Assembly (NCBI RefSeq): GCF_036971445.1
Contig: NC_091479.1
Location: forward strand, 7,812,001 to 7,876,000
Length of the DNA stretch: 64,000 nt
DNA from: Narcine bancroftii
Lineage: Eukaryota
Direction: 5' to 3'
The position numbers were made by a program, and so were the translations under genes. How positions within the stretch are numbered: position 1 is the first letter of the stretch; every line of letters begins with the position of its first letter. The notes beneath the pieces are model-generated. The model was given only the letters and a program-made list of their open reading frames with translations. It was not told where the DNA came from and did not search any database. Of the stretch, positions 51,571 through 64,000 are shown in pieces.

Positions 51571-54500
51571 CCCTCCCTCTCCAATCCACCCCAGCGCTGG
51601 GCCTCAGCCCTTCACAGCTCTCTTTGGTGGAGAGTCCCCATTCCCAGGTGAACAACATGACTATTGCTGTTTTCCAGCCTCACAATGTTCTCCCTGGGGT
51701 TTTTGTATGGAGTGGGGGGGTGAAGGTGGGGTACTGGTGGATTGTGGGTGGAATGTGGCTGGGGTAGGCTTTGGGGTGTGAGTGGGGATAATGGAGTGTC
51801 GGTGGGGTTTGGGTGTGTAAGGTGCTGTTGGGGTATGGGTGGAGTTTGGTTGTGGGTGGAGTGTGCATGGCAGGTGGGGTGGGGGTGTGGGTAGGGTGCG
51901 GGTGGGGTTTAGATTATAGGTGGTGTGGGTGGCAGGTGGGGCATGGCTGGGGTGGGGGTGGGGGGATGATTGGGGTCTGGGGTGGGAGATGGGTTGTGGA
52001 TGATGCCGTGGAGTCCATGCCGATTTCTCCGAATTAGTGTAATGTGATTCTCTCCATCGTGTCTGTGTGGAGGCCCAGGAATCTGGGAGGACGACAGGGA
52101 AGTGGGGCTGAGATCTGATAGAGCGGGCCAGATGCCTGCTTTAGATTCTCTTCCCTTTGATCTTCCTGCTGCTCCTCTCTTTTTTTGCTCACCACTCCTC
52201 CTCCCACTGGATTTTCCTTCCAGTCCATCCTGACGTTCTGTGGATCATCCTTTACCTGCTTTTCTTGGAGATCCATGGAAGTGCTGGCCAGTGGGTTGGG
52301 TCCTGATGTTCACTGGCCCAAATGTGTCCTCCATACAGGGGGTGACAATTGGGCGGCATGGGCTCGTAAGCCGAAAGGGCCTGTTATCAAGCAGTATGTC
52401 TAAATTTAAATTTTAAATAAATATATATAAATATTTTGGAATGAATTACTCGGTTTCAGGATACTGTTCATCGATCTCACAGACTGCAGGAAGAAGCTAT
52501 TTCCCAGCCTGGCCGTCCTGATTTTGATGCTCCTCTACCTCCTTCCTTTTGGTAGAGGGTTAAAGTTACTGTGTGCTGGATGGAACAATTCTTTGAGCCC
52601 AATTTAATAAACTCAATGGAGGAAAGGGAGACCTCAGTGATCTTCTCAGCCGTTTGATAATCCACTGTATTGAATTCCAGATCGGGGCTTTGCAGTTACC
52701 ATACCACACAAGCTTTCATGAAGCAAGACTGGACACTTTCAGTTGTGCTTCTGTGAAACGTGGTCAAGATGGGAGCCAGCAATCTTACCCTTCTAAACCT
52801 CCTTAGGAAGTGTCGCCACTGCTGTGCCTTGTTAACTAACAAGGAGGAGGTGTGTGTCCAGGATATGTACACGGTGGAGCCATTGATGTGTAATGGAGAA
52901 TGATCAGCCTCGTTCCTCCTGAAGTCCTCAAGCATCTCTTTTGCTGTGTCCATGATGAGACTCAGATTGTGGCTGCCGCCCTCCTCCCAATGGGTCTTTC
53001 ATTAATGTCTCCTGCCAGTGGAAGCAATTCACTAACCTCGTCGGGCATCTGAATAAATTATAAAAGAACATTAATAACAATAATGCCACAAATGTTGCAA
53101 CAGAAATAAGCACTTTGGTCCACTGATTTTTACCCATCTACAATAATTCCCATTCCCCGGCATTAGGACTGTATCCTATCTTTTTTGTCTGGTTAAGTGT
53201 CTGTTCAATGTAGCACCTTACCATCATGAATGTGGTTGGGAGGTATTCAACTCTGCCCTTCAACCTCTTGCACATATTGTCACTTTGCTCTCCAAGGCCC
53301 CTTATCTTTTCCTGCTTACTGTCTTGTTCATAAATTATTTGCAAAATGCCTTGGGATGTTCTTTAATCTTGCCTGCCAGGCTATTTCCTGTCCTCTTTTC
53401 ACTCTGCTCATTGAATTTTTAGCAACTCCTTTGTATTTTCTCTCCTGTTTCCAGTTCTCTGTGGGCGACGTAAGCTTTACTTCTGTTTAACAAATTCTTT
53501 TTGTCCAAGTTTAAACAGTTGCTATTATACCTGGACAAGGTGTGTTGCAGTTTATTTGCACAGTCCTAACTTGCTGACCTTTGGAACTGTTTCATGATCA
53601 ACCTGAAACTTGGAAGCCACGGATTTATCTGATCCCTCACGCCAAAACTTGGAAATTTTCTTAAGATTAAAAAGGAGAAAATATTGGAAATCTCAATCAG
53701 AATTTACTGTTGTGAACATGTCACAAAATTGATTTTGCGGCAGCGTCACAGAGCAAACATTTATATAAACCACCTTACAACAATAAATCAAAATAATGCA
53801 AGAAAGAGTCAAAGTGAGGCAGTATCTGTGGTTTGTTCTTCATTCAGGAATCTGAAGGCAGAAGGGAAGAAGTTGTCCTTGTGCTGCTGGGTGCTTGTCT
53901 TCAGGTTCCTGTACCCTTTTCCTGATGGTAGCAGAGTGAAGAGGCCATGGCCTGGGTGGTGGGGGTCTTTGAGGATAGAGAATGTTGTTTTAAGACACCG
54001 CCTCTTGTAGAGGTCCTCGATGGAGTGGTCTGGTGCCTGTGATGTTGCAGGCTGAGTTAACAACCCTCTGGAGTTTTTTCTTGTTCTGAGTATTGGTACC
54101 TCCGTACCAGACAGTGATGCAACCGGCCAAAATGCTCTCCATGGAACATGTTGACTTTTTCGAGAGTCTTGGTGACATATTGTATCTCAAGCTCCTTACA
54201 AAATATCTGGAAATCTGGAAAAATATTACTCAGGGGGTGAGTAGGGGGAGAGAGAATCAACGTCACTTCATGTCATGGAGTTGTACAGCATGTAGTTTCT
54301 ACCTTACAACTCTTACGATTAATTTTATTTGCCATAAGGTACTTTGGGACTCCTTGTGGTGAAGAAAAGTACTGCTTAAACGTACACTTTTTTTTACACA
54401 AGGAAAGTGTAGCTTGAAATGATTTGTTAGAGAGATGAGTGGAGATTTAGAGATTTAAGTTTGTTGGATGTGACATGTGAGCTATCAGTTAGAGGGATTC

Positions 54501-56410
54501 TGAGAGATCAGGGTGGGAAAGAGTTGTACCGAGTTCCAGGAGAAGAGAAACATCAAGTCAAGTTTATTGTCATCTGATTGCACAAGTACAACCTGACGAA
54601 ACAGTGTTCCCTGGTCCTCGGTGAAAAACAGGCAGACACACAACCAGACAGAACACACATACAGACAAACAATACATATGCAGGGCAAGTATTATATCTA
54701 TAAAAATAAATAAATAGATATTCTTTTGTACAAATGGTTAGCATGAGCAGTTCCTTTGGTCGTCCAGCATTCTCACTGCCCGTGGGAAGAAGCTGTTCCT
54801 CAGCCTGGTGGTGCTGGCTCTGATCCTCCTGGATCTCTTCCCCGACGGGAGCAGCTGAAAGATGCTGTGTGCAAGGTGGAAGGGGGTCCTCCATGATTTT
54901 GCTCGCCCTCTTCAGACAACGATCCCAGTGGAGGGTGGGGTGGGGGAGGAGGAGAGACCCCAGTGATCCTCTCTGCCACTCTAATGGTCCTGTGGATTGA
55001 CCTCTGATCCATTTCCCTGCAGTAGCCCCGTCCCGCACTGGGATGCAGCTGGCCAGAATGCTCTCAATAGAGCTCCTGTGGAAGGTTGACATGATGGTGG
55101 CCGGTAGCCTTTCCCGCTTCAGTCTTCTCAGGAAGTGCAGTCGCTGTTGCGCCTTCCTGACAAATGAGGAGATGTTGAGTGTCCACAATAGGTCAATAGT
55201 TAAGTGAACTCCAAGGAACTTGGTGCTCTCCACTCTCTCTACCACAGAGTTGTTGATGTGGAGTGGAGGGTGGTCGTTCCTGATCCTCCTATAGTCCATG
55301 ATCATGTCCTTCATCTTGTCCATGTTGAAATTCAGGGTGTTACTCTCGCACCATTTCACGAGATTTTCCCGCCTCTTCTCTGCAGGGCGACTTGTCGTTG
55401 TTGCTGATGAGGCCGACGACTGTCGTGTCATCTGTAAACTTGATGACACTGTTAGAGCTGGATCTGGAAATCCAGTCATTGGTCAGTATCGTGAACAGGA
55501 GCTGATTGAGCACACAGCCCTGAGATATACCAGTGCTCAGTCTGACAGTACTTGATGTTCTGCTACTGACCCGGATAGACTGTGGTCTTTCCATTAGGAA
55601 CTCCAAGATCTACTGGTAGTTACAGAGAGGCTGTTAATTCCCAGCTTCTCCACCAGCCTCAGGGGTATGATCGCATTAAATGCCGAGCTAGTCAATGAAC
55701 AACAGCCTGGTGTATGAGGTGTCATTCTCCAGGTGGGCCAGGACAGAGTGAAGGGATGAGGCTATAGCATCATCTGTGGAACGGTTTCTTCTATAGGCAA
55801 ATTGAAATGGATCTAGCATCTCCGGGAGTTAAGCTTTGATGCGTTCCATCACCAAATGCTTGAAGCACTTCATAATAGTGGCACAGGTAGTCATTGAGGC
55901 CTGTTATTGTCATCCTTTTGGATTCTGGGATGATGGTGGCTGTCTTGAACCCTGTGGGAACAATAGACTGCGGCAGTGAGGTGTTGAAGACCTCCGTGAA
56001 GACCTCCATCAATTGGTCGGCTGTCCTTCAGTACCCGACCAGGTATGTTGCCTGGTCCCTCCGCCTTGTGTGGGTTCACCTTGGATAGGGTTCTCTGTAG
56101 AGCTCGTCGAAAGAACCAAAGACTTGTTGATCCAAACCAAGGCTTTTATTAGCAAAAGACCGGAGCTCTTCACAGGTGGCCGACCAGTCCGGAATGATCC
56201 GACCTGGCTAGGGACACAACCCTTTAAGGCCCAAACAATAGGTGTGGCTTAGCTCTCAGCCAATCGCTGTAAGCACAGTCTAGATACAGTAACTATATAC
56301 ACTATGTACATTGGTGATAGATCTGTACTATCACATTCACCCCTTCTTGGAGAATTGACCCGGGGAAAAAAAAAAAAACAAAAACGAGGGAGAGAATGAA
56401 AAGGGGTAGG

Positions 56411-57360
56411 TCAAGGACTGTAGCGGTCAGGGGGTCTGACCATCCGGCGTGACCGCCGTGGTGCCGGGATTGGGGTCGCTGGAGTGGTGTCACCAGCGGG
56501 CTCATCGGGTGCGACTGCTCCGTCGCTCAATTCCCCAGTCGTTTTGTCGGCAGGGTGGCCCGAGTCATTGGGGTGCTGTTGGTCCTTCTGTTGCGGCACG
56601 GGGCCTGGAGCATAAGGAGTTGGGGGGTTTGCTGGGTCTACCGCGTCCTGAGCTAGGTCCCGCACCGAAACAGTGTCCTCCCGCCCGTCTGGGAACTCCA
56701 CGTATGCGTAATGTGGGTTCGCGTGGAGTAGAGTCACTCGGTCGACCAAGGGGTCATTCTTTGAGTGCCGGACGTGGCGTCGCAAAAGGACGGGGCCAGG
56801 GACGGTGAGCCATGCCGGTACAGTGGTTCCCGATTCGGATTTCCTCGGGAAAAGGAACATCCTTTCGTGGGGGGTGGCATTTGTTGCAGTACATAGGAGG
56901 GAGCGGATGGAGTGTAAGGCACTAGTGAGAACCTCCTGCCAGTGAGAGGTGGGGAGACCTTTAGACCGGAGAGCCAGTGTAACCGCTCTCCATATGGTGG
57001 CATTCTCCCTCTCGACCTGGCCATTACCGCGTGGGTTATAGCTCGTGGTCCTGCTTGAAGCAATGCCACACTCCAGAAGGTACTGTTGCAGCTCTGAACT
57101 CATGAATGAGGACCCCCTATCACTGTGGATGGAATTGGGGTACCCGAAGATGGTGAAAATACTGTGAAGGGCCTGTATCACTGAGGTGGCAGTGGTGTCT
57201 GGGCAGGCCACAGCGAATGGGAAGCGGGAGTATTCGTCGATGGCCGTAAGGATGTAGGTATTACGGTTGGTCGACGGTAGGGGTCCCTTAAAGTCTACGC
57301 TAAGACGCTCGAAGGGGCGGGTGGCTTTGATGACGTGGGAGTTATCCGGACGGAAGAAGT
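56411..57360 (-). pseudogene. Integrase core and C-terminus (N-terminally truncated, no start codon of its own)
   Basis: PFERLSVDFKGPLP..IDEYSRFPFA, HSDRGSSF and GNGQVERE give an intact D,D,E triad. Protease, RT, RNase H and the HHCC domain are absent. Confidence 0.9.
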
Positions 57361-58161
57361 GTTTGAATGGGATAGCGGCGATTGGGCTTCACACGAGGCA
57401 CTGTGTTTGCTGGCGGCCATTTTAGACCTACAGACTGCAGCAAAGTGGCCGTTTTTAAGGCACTTCTGGCACCTGGCTTTTCTTGCTGGGCACTGGGATC
57501 TGCTGTGCTTGTTCCTCCCGCAGAAATAACATTTCGGGTTCGCACGGGGCAGGGTAGCAGCAGCCGACAGGCCGTCAGGGGTAGGGTAGAAGGGCACTCT
57601 ACTCACATCAGAACGAGGGGTCCAGTCCCTAGAGAGCTCGGTGGATTTTAAGGCTGCATCCTCCATTGTGATTGCAATCCGGGCCACGTCCTCTAGTTTT
57701 TCTACCCCTTGTTCGAGCAAACGCAGCCTCACTTCGTTCGATCGGAGCCCAGCCACATAGGCATCCCGGACGAGGTCGCTAGTGATCTCGGCAGCAGTTT
57801 TGTCCACACAGTTACAGTCCTTGCCCAATGCCTTTAATACTTGTAAATATGCCCTGCTGGACTCACCGGGCTGTTGTTTCCTCGACGCAAGCATGAGCCG
57901 GGCATGAACTCTGTTCACCGGTTGATCATACAGTCCTTTCAGTACCTTTATGGCTGCGGTGTAAGTGGTCTCATCCTGGATGTTCTCGTAGACTCTCAAG
58001 GACACCATAGACAGCAATGCTGTTAGACGCTGGTTATCCTCCTCTACCTGAATGAATCTCAGGAAGTTTTCAAAGTTCAGCAGCCAGAACTTAAAGGCTT
58101 TGAAGGCTGTAGCTGACTGTGGGTCGATATCAAGTTTTTCTGGCCGAGTTAAACGCTCCAT
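57295..58161 (-). CDS. gag: Retrotransposon Gag with two zinc knuckles
   Basis: ATG 34 nt after the 5' LTR; CYFCGRNKHSRSQC and CQKCLKNGHFAAVC. The last residues run out of frame into integrase sequence. Confidence 0.9.
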   Translation of the reverse strand: MERLTRPEKLDIDPQSATAFKAFKFWLLNFENFLRFIQVEEDNQRLTALLSMVSLRVYENIQDETTYTAAIKVLKGLYDQPVNRVHARLMLASRKQQPGESSRAYLQVLKALGKDCNCVDKTAAEITSDLVRDAYVAGLRSNEVRLRLLEQGVEKLEDVARIAITMEDAALKSTELSRDWTPRSDVSRVPFYPTPDGLSAAATLPRANPKCYFCGRNKHSRSQCPARKARCQKCLKNGHFAAVCRSKMAASKHSASCEAQSPLSHSNTSSVRITPTSSKPPAPSSVLA

Positions 58162-59391
58162 CCCTTTCAAAAAAAATTCCTTTTGCTAATAAAATTGTAG
58201 AGCTCGTCGAAAGAACCAAAGACTTGTTGATCCAAACCAAGGCTTTTATTAGCAAAAGACCGGAGCTCTTCACAGGTGGCCGACCAGTCCGGAATGATCC
58301 GACCTGGCTAGGGACACAACCCTTTAAGGCCCAAACAATAGGTGTGGCTTAGCTCTCAGCCAATCGCTGTAAGCACAGTCTAGATACAGTAACTATATAC
58401 ACTATGTACATTGGTGATAGATCTGTACTATCACATTCTCCTCACCTCGGCCACGGCTATGTGGGAGGGGGGGCAGTTCATCAGGGGGACCTGGAGCTTT
58501 CTGCGGCATTATCCTGTTCTCATCAAACCATGCATAGAAGGTGTTCAGTCTGTCCGGAAGGGAGGTGTCATTGACCTTAATTCGCAAGGTTGACTTGTGA
58601 TACGTTATAGTCTTGATCCCTTGCTACATGCGCCTCATGTCGCCAGTGTCGCATAGCTGTCTGTGGATCTTCTGTGCATACCCTTGCTTTGCCTTCCAGA
58701 TTGCACGAGAGAGTTTTGGCCTGACTGATCTTAGTGCCATTCTACATCCTGTCCTGAAGGCAGCATCACAACCTCTTTGTGGTTAGTCTTGGTTGTCGAG
58801 CATTTGATCTCAGTGACATCCTCAATGCACTTGTTGAAGTAGCCAGTCACTGAGCTCATGTACTCCTCTAACTGTTGTAGGTGGCCGCCTCCCTGAAACA
58901 GTTCCAGTCCATGGTCTCAAGGCAGGCTTGCAGCTTTTCTATGGTCTCCTCAGCCACGTCCTGATCTCCCTGTGAACTGACCTAGTTTGCTTGGCCAGCA
59001 GTCTGTACGCTGGGGTTAGCAGGAGAGATATGTGATCTGAGTAACTAAGGTGGGGGTGAGGTGCAGCCATGTACGCACCGGGGACATTGTGGCACCTGAT
59101 CCAGGGCATTCTCTCCTCTGGTGGCAAAGTTCACATGCTGTTGAAAACGTGGAAAGACTGATTTCAAGTTAGCGTGATTGAAATCGCCGGAAACAATCAT
59201 GGCACCGTGACAAAAGAGGTAAAGGTAAAAGGAATTGAAGTGAATTGATTGGAACTAGTTTCAAGTGTAGGACAGTTGTCCTCAGTGTCTTCTTCATCTC
59301 AGAGTCATCACCATTTAAAGAGATATCATTTCCTTATGCTTTTCTGTGGAACTTGCTGAACACAAACTGGACTTCACATTTCCTTTGTTAC

Positions 59392-59621
59392 TGGGTGAAA
59401 TCACTATTGTACATATTTGTCATATGTAAATTACTTGACCTTTCCTGGTTGACCCTGCTCTCAGTGGCCAGCTCGTGATTCCTCCCCTCTCATGCTGCAA
59501 GCCTGCCCTCAGTTCAAGTCCGGGCCAGTATGAGGACCAACCCAGGGAAGCCGTCCATCTCTTGTGAATAAAAGCCTTCAGCTTTGATTACTTCCGTCTT
59601 TGTGTAATTGATCGTATATCA
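59392..59621 (+). mobile_element. Solo LTR
   Basis: TG..CA termini, 230 bp, 5-bp TSD GTTAC on both sides, internal AATAAAAGCC. Confidence 0.75.
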
Positions 59622-60004
59622 GTTACAACCGTAATTAACCGTAATTGACTTGAAGCTCTTGTAGATTTTGTAAATAGTGAAAGCCACTCTGGAAATGCAG
59701 TCTTCTTTTTGGAAGATTTTTCAGAGGTTTGATTGTCCAGTGGATCAAATAGTCAATCTCCACTGAGAAAATAATAAGATTTAAAATATAATTTATTTTC
59801 TTGCCTGTTGATTTTATACAACACTGGATAATTTAGTTACCCTTGTAACTAAATTATCCAGATTCAGATTGAATCAACCTAGCCCTTCTATTTCATGGTT
59901 CCTTGCAACAACGTGAACTATTTATTGTCACAGGATATTATTGCTAATGAGAAATTCTGTGTCATACTTACACCATGAGTGTTCTATAAATACAACAGGA
60001 TCTC

Positions 60005-61305
60005 CATCTTTCTTTGGCTTGGCTTTGCAGACGAAGATTTAAGGAGGGGTATGTCTACGTCTGCTGCAGGCTCGTTGGTGACTGACAAGTCCGATGCGGG
60101 ACAGGCAGGCACGGTTGCAATGGTTGCAAGGGAAAATTGGTTGGTTGGGGTTGGGTTTCTCCTCCTTTGTCTTTTGTCAGTGAGGTGGGCTCTGCGGTCT
60201 TCTTCAAAGGAGGTTGCTGCCCGCCGAACTGTGAGGCGCCAAGATGCACGGTTGGAGGCGAGATCAGCCCACTGGCGATGGTCAATGTGGTAGGCACCAA
60301 GAGATTTCTTTAAGCAGTCCTTGTACCTCTTCTTTGGGGCACCTATGTCTCGGTGGCCAGTGGAGAGCTCGCCATAGAACACGATCTTGGGAAGGCGATG
60401 GTCCTCCATTCTAGAGACGTGACCCACCCAGCGCAATTGGGTCTTCAGCAGCGTGGACTCGATGCTTGCGGACTCTGCCAGCTCGAGTACTTCGATGTTG
60501 GTGATGAAGTCATTCCAATGAATGTTGAGGATGGAGCGGAGACAGCGCTGATGGAAGTGATCTAGGAGCCTTAGGTGATGCCGGTAGAGGACCCATGATT
60601 TGGAGCCAAACAGGAGCGTGGGTATGACAACGGCTCTGTACACGCTGATCTTTGTGTGTTTCTTCAGGTGGTTGTTTTTCCAGACTCTTTTGTGTAGTCT
60701 TCCAAAGGCGCTATTTGCCTTGGCGAGTCTGTTGTCTATCTCTTTGTCGATCCTTGCATCAGATGAAATGGTGCAGCCGAGGTAGGTAAACTGGTTGACT
60801 GTTTTGAGTTCAGTGTGCCCGATGGAGATGTGGGGGGTGGGGCTGGTGGTCATGGTGGGGAGCTGGCTGATGGAAGACCTCAGTTTTCTTCAGGCTGACA
60901 TCCAGGCCAAACATTTTGGCAGTTTCCGCAAAACAGGACGTCATGTGCTGGAGAGCTGGCTCTGAATGGGCAACTAAAGCGACATCGTCTGCGAAGAGTA
61001 GTTCACGGACAAGTTGCTCTTGTGTCTTGGTGTGAGCTTTCAGGCGCCTCAGATTGAAGAGACTGCCATCCGTGTAGTACTGGATGTAAACAGCGTCTTC
61101 ATTGTTGAGATCTTTCATGTCTTGTTTCAGCATCATGCTGAAGAAGATAGTAAAGAGGGTTGGTGCGAGAACGCAGCCTTGCTTCATGCCGTTGTCAATG
61201 GAGAAGGGTTCGGAGAGCTCATTGCTGTATCTGACCCGACCTTGTTGGTTTTCGTGCAGTTGGATAACCATGTTGAGGAACTTGGGGGGGCATCTGAGGC
61301 GCTCC
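60005..61305 (-). mobile_element. RTE-clade LINE, 5'-truncated
   Basis: KQGCVLAPTLF, LFNLRRL, ELLFADD, FTYLG, QLRWVGHVSRM; one frameshift near 60840; short-repeat 3' tail. Confidence 0.92.
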
Positions 61306-61318
61306 ATATGTATAATTA

Positions 61319-61853
61319 CACAGGACAACAATTTTTTTCAAAAGCTTTGCCTCCTGAAATAAAATTGGGGATTGTGATTGACAACTTCAAGCTGAACACC
61401 AAGATAATTTCAGATTTGCCGTATCATGTAGGAAGTTGGAGAAACATTAAATTAACTTTTATTGAATTTAGAAAGTTTAATCGGATCGTGACGCTGACAT
61501 GTTGCGTTAGATTAATTGACCTAAAAATGCTTTGCTTCTGATTTTCGTTTGTACTCAGCATCTGATGCCTCTCGTGTCAGTGTCCAACAATAGTCGGCCG
61601 GCATTGATGGATTCCAGTTCCTTTCATCATGTTCATCACTGACTGCAACAAGATCAACGGGGAATTCCAAGTGCGAATTTTCAATTACATGGTTTTGTAT
61701 GACTGAAATAGATAGGAAATCACAAAAAATAGGTTATTATCTATAAAATGGTACGCAGTAGGAAAGTTATAAGGTGATTTTTGTGATCAGCAGTCCGTAG
61801 TCCATAAAATACGCCCAACAGTGTTCAGAAAGCAAAATCTTTGTTGCCCTGTG
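61319..61853. mobile_element. Non-autonomous Tc1/mariner-type DNA element, copy 2
   Basis: TIR CACAGGACAACAA / TTGTTGCCCTGTG flanked by TA; colinear with 2797-3371. Confidence 0.75.
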
Positions 61854-64000
61854 TACCCTGGAACAAACTTATTTCTGAAGTAATCGTGGATTTCTCTGCT
61901 ATTTCAAAGAATTTCATCGGTAAAGTCACTGACCATTCTTCACTGTGACTCACTGTTTGAGTTGATAAGGCCAACATTATTGGAAAGGTGAAGTGAAGCA
62001 ACTCAGGCTGGCTTGAGGACGTAGGAGAGCGAGTGATTCTGTTGACTGTTCTATCCCATGGCCCCGGCAGCAAAAGAGTGCTGGACCTTCGTATCACCTG
62101 GCATCACATTCAACATCTGCCAGAGTGCCTCATAGTTAATTAAGTAAAACTTGAAGTATTATCACTGTTGTAAGAGAGAAATCAATGCAGTCAATTTGCT
62201 CATAGCAAACTCTCAGACACAACAAATTGAACTCAGCCAGATACTCAGATATCTTGTTTTTGCTGGAGGGATAAATATTGGTCAGGAGACAAGGGAGAAC
62301 TGCCGAGGCCTATTTCAAACTGGTGCTAAGCTTGCACACAAATCAGGATTGATTACTTATGAAAATTAATACGATAGTTTGATGGGATCGGGAAGATCTA
62401 AATAATGACAGAAAGGCAACCTTTTCAAAAACATTGAGAGAATGTCTCACTGCTAATAAGTCTGTCCATGGCCTCAAACCGTCAAACCAAGGCCACCCAT
62501 AAAATGGAAGAGCAACACCGAAGTCTGGGTGCTCTCCAACTGGATGGCATTAACCTCGACTTCTCCAGTTTCTGCTGGCCTACTCCCCATTCTCCCTCTC
62601 TTCCCCATCCCTCTGTCTCTTTCCTTCAGCTCAATTCCCCCTTCCTTCTCCATTCACAGAGCCACATCCCCCCACAAAGTTTGCTGCTGTGTCTTCTCCA
62701 CCTATTACCTCCTGCCTGTGGGTCTGTGCTCCTTCCTCTACCCCCTCCCCTACCATTTTGTTTGGGCACCTGTCTACATTTTGCTCAGACCTCGATGAAG
62801 GGCTCAAGCCTGAAACGTGGGTTCTGTATCTTTATCTTTGCTACATAAAGGACCCTGCTTGACCTGCTGAGTTTCTCAAGCGTGGTGTTTTTACTTCAAT
62901 CAAGGTGTCGGCAGATCTTCGTGTTTCACTTTCGGAGACATTTCCAGAGCAGGACTCGGGGTTTGGCTGGAGCTCTGACCCTTGCCTGCTTAGACTCGAG
63001 GTTTAATGTGGAGACTGGATTCTGAGTATTTACCAAGTTTAAAAATACAAGTAGGAGGAACTCAGCAGTCGAGCACCATCTGTGGATTGTGGATGAATAG
63101 TTCCTGTCCGAAAGGCAACACACGAACATGCTGGAGATACTCAGCAAGTATGGCAAGTAATTCCTGATGAAGAGCACAGACCTGAAACATTGGTGCTGCA
63201 TGTCCTGCTGAGGTTCTCCAGCAGATTGTTTGATGCTCTGAATCCCAGCATCAGTATTCATAAAACCATCATACCACCATAAGACATGAGGAGTAGAAAA
63301 AGACCATTCAGCCCATTGAACTGATCCATTTTCCCACTCAGCCCCACTGCCTAGCCTTCTCCCCGTAACCGTTGATGCTCTGGCTAATTCTCTGGTGGGT
63401 GTCCAGAATTTAGAAACAGAATTGATTGTCATGCATATGTCACAACATTCATTGCTTTGCAGCCATGTTACAGTGCAAATATTGCTATAAAATTAAATTT
63501 AAAAATAGAGGAATAAAGAAGAAGTGAGATGGAGTCTGTGTATCATGTCTGGTCAGAAATCTGATGGCAGTGGGGAAGAAGCTATCCTTGTGCTGCTGCC
63601 TCCTGGACCTTTTCCCCGATGGGAGAAGTGGCGAGGGCATGGCCTGGGTGGTGGGGGTCTTTGAGGACAGAGGCTGGTTTCTAAAGGCAATGCCTCTTGT
63701 AGATGTCCTCGGTGGTGGAGACTGATGTCCATGATGGTGATCGCTGAGTTCAGAACTCTGTGTCGCCTTTTCCAGTTTTGTGCGTTGGCACCTCCATATC
63801 AGACAGTGATGCAACCGGTCAGCATGCTCTCCATGGTACACCTGTAGAAATTTGCAAGGGTCCTGGGTGACATACCAAATCTCCTCAAATTGGGCGGGAC
63901 AGTTAGCGCAATGCTGTTACAGCACCAGGGATGGGGGTTCGAATTCCAGACTTTCCCTGTGTTTCCTCTGGGTGCTCTGGTTTCCTCCGTTCAAAAATGC

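Larger units (their letters stand above)
56096..58435 (-). mobile_element. Gypsy-type (Mag-like) LTR retrotransposon, internally deleted, very recent
   Basis: Two identical 240-bp TG..CA LTRs (56096-56335, 58196-58435), 5-bp TSD TTCTC, and PPT AAGAAGGGGTGAA next to the 3' LTR. Only gag and the integrase core remain. Confidence 0.96.
54553..59205 (-). mobile_element. Rex1/Babar-like LINE, degraded, interrupted by the LTR element
   Basis: APE remnant GDFNHANLK, RT remnants (QGCVL, KFTDDTTVVGLI, KAQQRLHFLRRL) and a 3' tail CAATAAACTTGACTTGA. VRRTLSKVNPHKAEGP is restored when the LTR element is removed. Confidence 0.9.

Noticed and set aside
52034-52276. Charged 80-aa ORF on the minus strand
   Set aside because: Low-complexity, no homology recognised; probably a repeat remnant.
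57295-57460. Programmed -1 frameshift producing a Gag-integrase fusion
   Set aside because: No canonical slippery heptamer is seen near the junction; a simple deletion explains the frame offset.
47200-64000. Exons of PPIP5K1, expected from human synteny
   Set aside because: No recognisable coding exon found by eye; non-coding exons cannot be excluded.

Overview
This is eukaryotic, repeat-rich vertebrate DNA. The V-domain SINEs and the CR1, Rex1 and Penelope repeats point to a cartilaginous fish, probably a batoid (inference). Two spliced genes lie tail to tail. The last 10 coding exons of stereocilin (STRC, + strand) span 558-17786. A complete 9-exon ubiquitous mitochondrial creatine kinase (CKMT1, - strand, 46083-28540) gives 1254 nt = 417 aa + stop. 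Human STRC/CKMT1B are arranged the same way. Between them sits a decayed class A orphan GPCR resembling GPR161/GPR101. The rest is mostly transposable elements. The most unusual observations are: (1) a very young, internally deleted Gypsy element with identical 240-bp LTRs and no tRNA primer-binding site, whose leader is instead a perfect 15-nt complement of its own LTR poly(A)-signal region (candidate self-priming or poly(A) occlusion); (2) minimal hammerhead-ribozyme motifs in Penelope-like termini, with one circularly permuted copy; (3) an L1 derivative whose ORF2 start is fused to its ORF2 end; (4) locally templated inverted duplications around a STRC exon. Exon boundaries were read by eye and checked for phase. 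Repeat boundaries are approximate, and family names come from recalled motifs, not database searches.
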